Assembly: GCF_000008645.1 (NCBI RefSeq)
Contig: NC_000916.1
Span: forward strand, 960,001-992,000
Length of the DNA: 32,000 bases
Direction: 5' to 3'
Origin: Methanothermobacter thermautotrophicus str. Delta H
GTDB lineage: Archaea; Methanobacteriota; Methanobacteria; Methanobacteriales; Methanothermobacteraceae
Part shown: piece after piece, positions 22,488 to 31,956 of the stretch
How positions within the stretch are numbered: the first letter of the stretch is position 1
Layout: every line of letters starts with the position of its first letter
The notes under the pieces: generated by a model
The model's database searches: none
What the model was told of the DNA's origin: nothing
The model's input: the letters and a program-made list of their open reading frames with translations, nothing else
Program-made: the position numbers and the translations under genes

Positions 22488-22637
22488 TAATTCCGGAGGG
22501 GTCAGAAGGTGATATACATCACCCAACACCGGTCAGCGCAAGTACCCTCCAGAGAAAGTTGCGTCGAATAGCATTATTTTGCGCCCCACATATACATCAG
22601 ATGGGTGATCCATGCCTAAATCGAATGAATTTTATAG

Positions 22638-23306
22638 ATGGTCATAGAATCAAAACTTATGAAGTCCGTGGTTTTCATTGGTAGGGGCCTCGCTGAATAC
22701 ATCGATATGTTCAGCCTGGATCCCATGGAACTGGAGGGCAGCAGGATACTTGACTGTGCTGCAGGTGTGAGCTCATTCCGGAGCGAAATGGATGAGATGG
22801 GATTCAGTGTAACAGCCGTGGACCCCCTCTACAGCAGGACCCCCGATGAAATTAAAAAACTGGCATGCGAAAGTTTCAGGAGCCACACCATGAACCATAG
22901 GGACTTTTTAAGGGATTTCAGGGTTGATGGGATCCCTGTTGAGGATTACCGGAGGATGGTTTTCAGAAGATTCCTGGATGACTATAAAAGGAACCCATCA
23001 GAGTACATAGCCGGTGAACTCCCCTTTCTCCCATTTGATGATGGGGAATTTGACCTGGTGGTCTCTGCAAATTTCCTTTTCCTGTATGAGGACCTGCTGG
23101 ACTACAGTTTCCATGTTGAATCTGTGAGGGAGATGCTCAGGATCGGGAAAGAGGTTAGAATATTTCCTGTGTACAATATACACAGAAGAAAGCGTTCTTT
23201 ACACCTTAAACCATTGATGGATGAATTTAATGATTATGACATTGAGGTCAGGAAGGTTAAGTACCATGAGGAGGCCGGCTGTAATGAAATGTTAATCATA
23301 AAATAA
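22638..23306 (+). CDS. Class I SAM-dependent methyltransferase-like protein
   Basis: 222-aa ORF (ATG 22638; MKSVVFIG at 22659 is an alternative). Motif I-like ILDCAAGVSSFRSEMDEMGFSVTAVDPLY, then LPFLPFDDGEFDLVVSANFLFLY. Confidence 0.72.
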   Translation: MVIESKLMKSVVFIGRGLAEYIDMFSLDPMELEGSRILDCAAGVSSFRSEMDEMGFSVTAVDPLYSRTPDEIKKLACESFRSHTMNHRDFLRDFRVDGIPVEDYRRMVFRRFLDDYKRNPSEYIAGELPFLPFDDGEFDLVVSANFLFLYEDLLDYSFHVESVREMLRIGKEVRIFPVYNIHRRKRSLHLKPLMDEFNDYDIEVRKVKYHEEAGCNEMLIIK

Positions 23307-23334
23307 AATCCGGATCAAACAACTGGTTCTATAG

Positions 23335-23358
23335 TTCGTTATAGCTTTATATAACGAA
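23335..23358. repeat. Perfect 9-bp inverted repeat with 6-nt loop at the leader-distal edge of the CRISPR array
   Basis: TTCGTTATA-gcttta-TATAACGAA, 14 bp before the first repeat; contains TTTATATA on the plus strand. Confidence 0.75.
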
Positions 23359-24572
23359 ATAAACGCATTCAAATTTCAATCCCATTTTGGTCTGATTTTA
23401 ACTATCTTATGTCCGTTATTTTTTACCTACGTTGCAGATTTCAATCCCATTTTGGTCTGATTTTAACCAACAATAAAATTCAGGGGGACTGAGTACATAA
23501 AAGATTTCAATCCCATTTTGGTCTGATTTTAACGATTGAAATTACTGAGGATGGTCTCTACTTCCACCTTATTTCAATCCCATTTTGGTCTGATTTTAAC
23601 ACGGCGTCTGTGACGTCGTTAGAGAGGATGGAGTCGTATTTCAATCCCATTTTGGTCTGATTTTAACGGTTTTGTGTGGGTGTGCATTCTGGTTGTGGTT
23701 GGTCATTTCAATCCCATTTTGGTCTGATTTTAACAAGCGCCGGGCAGACAGCACACATACAAGACTTCACAAATTTCAATCCCATTTTGGTCTGATTTTA
23801 ACTTTCACGATGACTCTGTTGAGTTCATCGTATTCTTTCCATTTCAATCCCATTTTGGTCTGATTTTAACTGATGTTGGGAAGGTTTGGCCATCTGAATG
23901 ATTTGAATTTCAATCCCATTTTGGTCTGATTTTAACTCAACATGGGGACATACGTCCAGGGGGACAGACGCATTTCAATCCCATTTTGGTCTGATTTTAA
24001 CTCACCCTCCAGACTAGCTCATCAATGTACCCATTACCATTTCAATCCCATTTTGGTCTGATTTTAACGAAATACAACCCCACACGCCAGTCCATCCTCT
24101 TTCATTTCAATCCCATTTTGGTCTGATTTTAACCTGTCTGCCCCTATTGTTTTGATCATGTTTGTGCATGATTTCAATCCCATTTTGGTCTGATTTTAAC
24201 CCTTTAGAACTAAAAAAATAACAAAATAAAAAAAGACATTTCAATCCCATTTTGGTCTGATTTTAACGGGTTCTCATAGATGGGCGACAGAAAGACATGA
24301 AAAATTTCAATCCCATTTTGGTCTGATTTTAACCCGTTACTCATGCATTATTAGTGAGAAACAACTCTTTATTTCAATCCCATTTTGGTCTGATTTTAAC
24401 GATTGAAATTACTGAGGATGGTCTCTACTTCCACCTTATTTCAATCCCATTTTGGTCTGATTTTAACGGTCGGTGCCCGGGTCGGGTCGGTGCCCGGGTC
24501 GGGTATTTCAATCCCATTTTGGTCTGATTTTAACTATCATCACGCTTGAAGAGTATAATAAAGTTGTTAAGA

Positions 24573-24803
24573 ATTTCAATCCCATTTTGGTCTGATTTTA
24601 ACTGTTCACTATTTGGGTCATTTATGGGTACTATTTTGATTTCAATCCCATTTTGGTCTGATTTTAACTATGAGGGCTGTGCATGCACGGATCAGCAAGG
24701 AAACAAATTTCAATCCCATTTTGGTCTGATTTTAACTCAGATTCTTTCTGACAATAATATGAGGTGATATAAAATTTCAATCCCATTTTGGTCTGATTTT
24801 AAC
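24573..24803. repeat. Three-spacer block (spacers 19-21), copy A of a dispersed duplication
   Basis: tgttcactatttgggtcatttatgggtactattttg / tatgagggctgtgcatgcacggatcagcaaggaaacaa / tcagattctttctgacaataatatgaggtgatataaa; identical in order to 29108-29338. Confidence 0.95.
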
Positions 24804-25242
24804 AGTATGTGCAGTATCCTCTCTATGTCCCCTTCATTCATTTCAATCCCATTTTGGTCTGATTTTAACCCTATATTATGTCCATTATTTTTCATTTACG
24901 CTGCAGATTTCAATCCCATTTTGGTCTGATTTTAACAATATTGAAACGTTCAAGGACATGTTGAAGAGGTATGATTTCAATCCCATTTTGGTCTGATTTT
25001 AACGAGGAAACGTTTACCCTTGAAGGGCGTAAGGCCTGATAATTTCAATCCCATTTTGGTCTGATTTTAACTTTCGGTGGGGGGTAGGTGGGGGGTGTGA
25101 AGGTAGATATTTCAATCCCATTTTGGTCTGATTTTAACGTATCCATGACTCCTGATGCCCTGGCACGTCGAAGTCAATTTCAATCCCATTTTGGTCTGAT
25201 TTTAACAGTATGTGCAGTATCCTCTCTATGTCCCCTTCATTC

Positions 25243-25508
25243 ATTTCAATCCCATTTTGGTCTGATTTTAACGGTTTAGGGACTGTGAGATCGTTGTTGA
25301 ACATAATAAATTTCAATCCCATTTTGGTCTGATTTTAACTCGGTGGGGGTAGGTGGGGGTATAATCAGAACAAATATTTCAATCCCATTTTGGTCTGATT
25401 TTAACGGTTTAGGGACTGTGAGATCGTTGTTGAACATAATAAATTTCAATCCCATTTTGGTCTGATTTTAACTCGGTGGGGGTAGGTGGGGGTATAATCA
25501 GAACAAAT
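25243..25508. repeat. Perfect tandem duplication of a 133-bp, two repeat-spacer block
   Basis: ggtttagggactgtgagatcgttgttgaacataataa followed by tcggtgggggtaggtgggggtataatcagaacaaat occurs twice in succession. Confidence 0.96.
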
Positions 25509-26847
25509 ATTTCAATCCCATTTTGGTCTGATTTTAACAATATAGTGCAAATGATTCTAGAAAATAGTAAAATAATTTCAATCCCATTTTGGTCTGATTT
25601 TAACTAAAATGAAAAAAAGATTCAAAAAAACATGCAAATGATTTCAATCCCATTTTGGTCTGATTTTAACACAAAGTGCCCCGCATGTCGTGAAAAGATG
25701 AAGAAAATTTCAATCCCATTTTGGTCTGATTTTAACCGTGGAGGGCCTCGACTACTACAAGGCTATCAGGTTATTTCAATCCCATTTTGGTCTGATTTTA
25801 ACTGAATCTGACATGAACTGCTATTGCTGTAACCGATATATTTCAATCCCATTTTGGTCTGATTTTAACGCTAAAAAGGAGTACCTGCAACGGAAAGTAC
25901 CGGTATTTCAATCCCATTTTGGTCTGATTTTAACCTTTTAAATCCTCTAAAAACTGTTCTAAACACCAATCATTTCAATCCCATTTTGGTCTGATTTTAA
26001 CAACTTCACAGAAAAGCCTCCATGGAGCAAGTGCTCTATTTCAATCCCATTTTGGTCTGATTTTAACAAGAGGTGAAAGATATGAAAATAAAAGTAAAAA
26101 TAGAATTTCAATCCCATTTTGGTCTGATTTTAACCTCCTCACTACCACTAAGATCATATGCTGCCGCATAAATTTCAATCCCATTTTGGTCTGATTTTAA
26201 CAGGAGAAACTGGATAGGAGGTGAATGAGATGATTGAATTTCAATCCCATTTTGGTCTGATTTTAACATGTTTTTGAGGTCGTATAGCACTATGATCGCA
26301 CAAATTTCAATCCCATTTTGGTCTGATTTTAACGATTTTGACGGTGAGTACAATCTCTGCTGTCAGAACTGATTTCAATCCCATTTTGGTCTGATTTTAA
26401 CAGGTTTATGGGTTCTAAACAATAGAACCCCTGATTAATTTCAATCCCATTTTGGTCTGATTTTAACATAGAATGAAGAGGAAATACAAGAAAACATGCA
26501 AATGATTTCAATCCCATTTTGGTCTGATTTTAACGGGTTAATAAAATCGTCGATGATGTTGTAGACAAAATCAATTTCAATCCCATTTTGGTCTGATTTT
26601 AACATGGATGAGGAAGGTGACGGCCCTGGGAAGTACAGGGATTTCAATCCCATTTTGGTCTGATTTTAACACATACCCTTCTTCATATAAGAACTGCACA
26701 TAGTCAATATTTCAATCCCATTTTGGTCTGATTTTAACCGAGAAGGGTGAGGACGTCCTTGAGGGCGCATACGATGTCCTATTTCAATCCCATTTTGGTC
26801 TGATTTTAACGCTTAGTCGTTATAATCGAGTCGATAAGATTCTTTGA

Positions 26848-27649
26848 ATTTCAATCCCATTTTGGTCTGATTTTAACCCGTGCTGAGGATGTCTTCGTGT
26901 ACCCGGTCCTTCTATTTCAATCCCATTTTGGTCTGATTTTAACCTGTAGCGAATTACTCCGCTGAGTTCTCATCCTTTGATATTTCAATCCCATTTTGGT
27001 CTGATTTTAACCCATTTTGTTGCCTCATTTAAACTCATCTTTAAAATTATTTCAATCCCATTTTGGTCTGATTTTAACGCAGAGGAAAACGAAGAAAAGG
27101 AGAAAATAGAAGCCAATTTCAATCCCATTTTGGTCTGATTTTAACCTATCTAAGTAGTATGAGTCTTCAAAGAGGATATTGAATTTCAATCCCATTTTGG
27201 TCTGATTTTAACCAGGCTTAGTGTGGGTTTTATTGAATCTGTACTTATATTTCAATCCCATTTTGGTCTGATTTTAACCCGTGCTGAGGATGTCTTCGTG
27301 TACCCGGTCCTTCTATTTCAATCCCATTTTGGTCTGATTTTAACCTGTAGCGAATTACTCCGCTGAGTTCTCATCCTTTGATATTTCAATCCCATTTTGG
27401 TCTGATTTTAACCCATTTTGTTGCCTCATTTAAACTCATCTTTAAAATTATTTCAATCCCATTTTGGTCTGATTTTAACGCAGAGGAAAACGAAGAAAAG
27501 GAGAAAATAGAAGCCAATTTCAATCCCATTTTGGTCTGATTTTAACCTATCTAAGTAGTATGAGTCTTCAAAGAGGATATTGAATTTCAATCCCATTTTG
27601 GTCTGATTTTAACCAGGCTTAGTGTGGGTTTTATTGAATCTGTACTTAT
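26848..27649. repeat. Perfect tandem duplication of a 401-bp, six repeat-spacer block inside the CRISPR array
   Basis: Spacers 53-58 (starting ccgtgctgaggatgtcttcgtgtacccggtccttct, ending caggcttagtgtgggttttattgaatctgtacttat) recur in the same order as spacers 59-64; 26848-27248 equals 27249-27649. Confidence 0.96.
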
Positions 27650-29107
27650 ATTTCAATCCCATTTTGGTCTGATTTTAACAGGTGAGAAAAAATGAAAGGA
27701 AAAGAAGTTGAGAAAATTTCAATCCCATTTTGGTCTGATTTTAACTGGCTTGGCCAGGCTGGGGTCCAGGCCACCCTCATCGCATTTCAATCCCATTTTG
27801 GTCTGATTTTAACACTTATTTATCGATAAAGTTCTACTCACATGTTTAGTATTTCAATCCCATTTTGGTCTGATTTTAACGGGGAGGACCTCATAAAATT
27901 TTTGGATTAAAATGTGATTTCAATCCCATTTTGGTCTGATTTTAACTTTCCCTGAGATGATGTCCTTGATTGTGCTGCATTTCAATCCCATTTTGGTCTG
28001 ATTTTAACATATACATCATATATTAATAAAATAAAAAAAATCAATAATTTCAATCCCATTTTGGTCTGATTTTAACGAGTTCATTGTACTCATTGATCGT
28101 CTCTTCATCCCCATTTCAATCCCATTTTGGTCTGATTTTAACTGGATTATTGGGACTTACATGCGACAGATTTTTATAATTTCAATCCCATTTTGGTCTG
28201 ATTTTAACGGATCTGAAAATAAAGAAAGCTTCAAATCAAAAAATAATTTCAATCCCATTTTGGTCTGATTTTAACCTTCTAGCAAGAGACATTGACGATA
28301 TACACAAGTACATTTCAATCCCATTTTGGTCTGATTTTAACCGGGGAGAGTCTGACATTCTTGAAGTAGAACCTCCCCATTTCAATCCCATTTTGGTCTG
28401 ATTTTAACTCACACTGTACCCGAACTTCTCCGCGACTTTCTTTAATTTCAATCCCATTTTGGTCTGATTTTAACAGAGGTTATGAAATCAGTAATAGCCT
28501 CAAGGAGTAAGATTTCAATCCCATTTTGGTCTGATTTTAACTAAAAGTAACCTATAACAATTACCTATGGCTCATAAATTTCAATCCCATTTTGGTCTGA
28601 TTTTAACCCTCAGTAATGTAATAATCGATATAGCAAGTTGCGATGATTTCAATCCCATTTTGGTCTGATTTTAACACGTAACAGTATATACTGTCCAAAA
28701 TGTGCCGCAGAAATTTCAATCCCATTTTGGTCTGATTTTAACCTATAGGGTCATCCTCGAGGACAGCGCCCGCTTGATTTCAATCCCATTTTGGTCTGAT
28801 TTTAACGGCTCGGCCAGGCAGGGGTGGAAATGGAACTCGTCGATTTCAATCCCATTTTGGTCTGATTTTAACTATGACGCCCTCAAAGTCTTTTTCCCGT
28901 GCGGCCTCGATTTCAATCCCATTTTGGTCTGATTTTAACCATGTCATGACCCGTGCCATGATCCGCCGATCAAAAATTTCAATCCCATTTTGGTCTGATT
29001 TTAACTCGAATGCCTATTAAGCCTGTATTCAGCATTAGAAGAATTTCAATCCCATTTTGGTCTGATTTTAACAGGCCTGGTTCATGGTCGAGGGTCTCCT
29101 TGCTTAT

Positions 29108-29338
29108 ATTTCAATCCCATTTTGGTCTGATTTTAACTGTTCACTATTTGGGTCATTTATGGGTACTATTTTGATTTCAATCCCATTTTGGTCTGATTTT
29201 AACTATGAGGGCTGTGCATGCACGGATCAGCAAGGAAACAAATTTCAATCCCATTTTGGTCTGATTTTAACTCAGATTCTTTCTGACAATAATATGAGGT
29301 GATATAAAATTTCAATCCCATTTTGGTCTGATTTTAAC
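29108..29338. repeat. Three-spacer block (spacers 87-89), copy B of a dispersed duplication
   Basis: Same 231 bp as 24573-24803, 4535 bp away. Confidence 0.95.
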
Positions 29339-31584
29339 CATATAACGAAATTAAGTCAAATTCGTTTCATTAGTATTTCAATCCCATTTTGGTCTGATTT
29401 TAACTCAGGTTGAGGTTTCAGGTTGAGGTTTCAGGTTGATTTCAATCCCATTTTGGTCTGATTTTAACGGATGATCGGGGTGGGTATGTTCATGCATGGA
29501 AATCATTTCAATCCCATTTTGGTCTGATTTTAACTGAATACCTGTTCCTCTTCGTATTCCTCATCGCAACATTTCAATCCCATTTTGGTCTGATTTTAAC
29601 CCTTTTTACTCTGTTTAGCCCTTTTTACTGCACAATATTTCAATCCCATTTTGGTCTGATTTTAACTTACTTTTATAAATAATATCTGAACTTTTTCACC
29701 TTATTTCAATCCCATTTTGGTCTGATTTTAACAAGGCGGTTAAGCACACTCAACGCTCTGATTGAGTGTATTTCAATCCCATTTTGGTCTGATTTTAACT
29801 CACAGTCAGCTCCACTGAGTCCATGCTTAGAGCCTCATTTCAATCCCATTTTGGTCTGATTTTAACTTAATTCCAATATGGGCCGATATCTGCCCTCTTT
29901 TATTTCAATCCCATTTTGGTCTGATTTTAACCCGGAACACCAGGTCCTGGGCTTGTGGGTTCTGCTCGATTTCAATCCCATTTTGGTCTGATTTTAACCA
30001 TCTGTTTCACCTCTTCTTTTTTTCTTTGTGATTTCAATCCCATTTTGGTCTGATTTTAACTTTATTAATTTAGTATTGGTTGTTTGGTTAATTCATTTCA
30101 ATCCCATTTTGGTCTGATTTTAACATATATACCATATTGAACATTGATTTTAGCGTTTTTATTTCAATCCCATTTTGGTCTGATTTTAACCCAGCAGAAA
30201 CAGTAATAGTCAAATATTATAAGCACAATTTCAATCCCATTTTGGTCTGATTTTAACCTTGATAAGGGTAGTAAACGAACCCGATAGTGAATATATTTCA
30301 ATCCCATTTTGGTCTGATTTTAACCCAAATAAAACGTTAATATCGATTTAATTCCAATAATTTCAATCCCATTTTGGTCTGATTTTAACCGTTTCAACTA
30401 ATGAAACTGTCTTAAATTGCTTATTTATTTCAATCCCATTTTGGTCTGATTTTAACTCGCAGAACATCATACACATCAGGTAGTCTATACAGTATTTCAA
30501 TCCCATTTTGGTCTGATTTTAACTGATGGTTTTGATGTTTTGTGTAAAATTCGTGAGATTTCAATCCCATTTTGGTCTGATTTTAACGAAGTCACACTGA
30601 ATACGAAGAAATACAAGACACAGTATTTCAATCCCATTTTGGTCTGATTTTAACCCGGTCCTTGACGGGAAAATCTACAGGGCCACAATAGATTTCAATC
30701 CCATTTTGGTCTGATTTTAACACACAGTACAATTATTCGGAATAATACACGCACAATGATTTCAATCCCATTTTGGTCTGATTTTAACATGAACATGCAG
30801 ATAAAAGATGATATAATAGAAAAATATTTCAATCCCATTTTGGTCTGATTTTAACAAGTATTTTTCTGAATTCACGGATTGCTTCGCATTTCAATCCCAT
30901 TTTGGTCTGATTTTAACTATAATCGAATATTGTTGCGTATTGTGTTGTGTTTTTATTTCAATCCCATTTTGGTCTGATTTTAACAGGTTCTTGTGGGTTA
31001 TTGTTGTCCTAGTCCAGTTTACACATTTCAATCCCATTTTGGTCTGATTTTAACCTAAAGTTTCTCTGTAGTCCACATCCCCTTTTTTCAATTTCAATCC
31101 CATTTTGGTCTGATTTTAACTGAGGTGACAAGTATCAGGTTCTCACAGTGTTTCATGATTTCAATCCCATTTTGGTCTGATTTTAACACCGATGGTACCT
31201 CAGGATACTATTCCCACCACTCACCATTTCAATCCCATTTTGGTCTGATTTTAACTTGAAGACTCATACTACTTAGACAGTTTTGAATTCGATTTCAATC
31301 CCATTTTGGTCTGATTTTAACATCGAGGAATTCTATTTTATCCTCACCAGGATAGCGGATTTCAATCCCATTTTGGTCTGATTTTAACATGTTTTCCGTT
31401 ATACTATAGTGCGTTTTGGTATTGATTTCAATCCCATTTTGGTCTGATTTTAACCCATACCACACATTTGGATTGTAGGTGGTTGATGTTAATTTCAATC
31501 CCATTTTGGTCTGATTTTAACTAGCGGTTAATGTCGTCGATGTCCCTTGTTATTATTTCAATCCCATTTTGGTCTGATTTTAAC

Positions 31585-31956
31585 AGGGCGGATTTTTTCT
31601 TCATTTGACCTCTATCGCTTTGAAATTTCTCCTTTCAGACATATAAATTTGTCGATCCCAGAAAATGCATTCTATTTATATGGATAGACGACTTAACAGA
31701 AGGTATTAAAATCCATAAATAAGACATTTAAAGTATTTAAATCAATTTAAAAAGAATTTTGGCAGGATAAAAAACCATCAGGTTGATAATAAAACCTTTA
31801 ATCCTGAAAGAAGCTTAAAATAACATTATGTTATTATAATGGGATGCTGAAAAATGGCTCATAAACGACTGAACGAAAGGACCCCGATTGGATATATGGA
31901 TTATTTAATCAATTTAAATTGAATTTTAAGATTTTTTAGTGTGATAAAGAATAAAT
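31585..31956 (-). promoter_or_regulatory. Putative CRISPR leader (right/leader-proximal side; outer boundary approximate)
   Basis: AT-rich, non-coding, directly abuts the repeat end that precedes the first crRNA in the inferred orientation. Minus-strand TATA-like tccatataaataga at 31671-31684. The published delta H arrays are associated with a ~372-bp long repeat (recalled). Confidence 0.68.

Larger units (their letters stand above)
23373..31584 (-). CRISPR. CRISPR array: about 124 direct repeats of ATTTCAATCCCATTTTGGTCTGATTTTAAC (crRNA-sense GTTAAAATCAGACCAAAATGGGATTGAAAT) and 123 spacers
   Basis: Hand count of repeats from 23373 to the last at 31555-31584. Mean period about 66.5 bp, spacers about 32-42 nt. 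No variant repeat seen. The ATTGAAAT 3' end on the minus strand matches the usual 8-nt crRNA 5' tag, implying transcription right to left. Confidence 0.99.

Noticed and set aside
22454-22684. 76-aa ORF MPRTAFRKILYLIPEGSEGDIHHPTPV... as a small protein gene
   Set aside because: It covers the putative TATA box and structured leader of the methyltransferase gene and overlaps its start. No recognisable domain or convincing RBS.
23373-23403. Leader on the left and transcription of the array on the plus strand
   Set aside because: The plus-strand repeat ends in GATTTTAAC, whereas the minus-strand repeat ends in ATTGAAAT, the usual crRNA 5' tag. The right flank is the long AT-rich non-coding region expected of a leader, while the left flank is only 66 bp from a CDS. 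A minor plus-strand transcript remains possible (see findings).
23672-31504. Many 60-80 aa ORFs with recurring ISIPFWSDFN / FQSHFGLILT / LKSDQNGIEI peptides
   Set aside because: These are translations of the 30-nt CRISPR repeat in different frames with spacers between. The periodicity explains them fully and they are not a repeat protein family.
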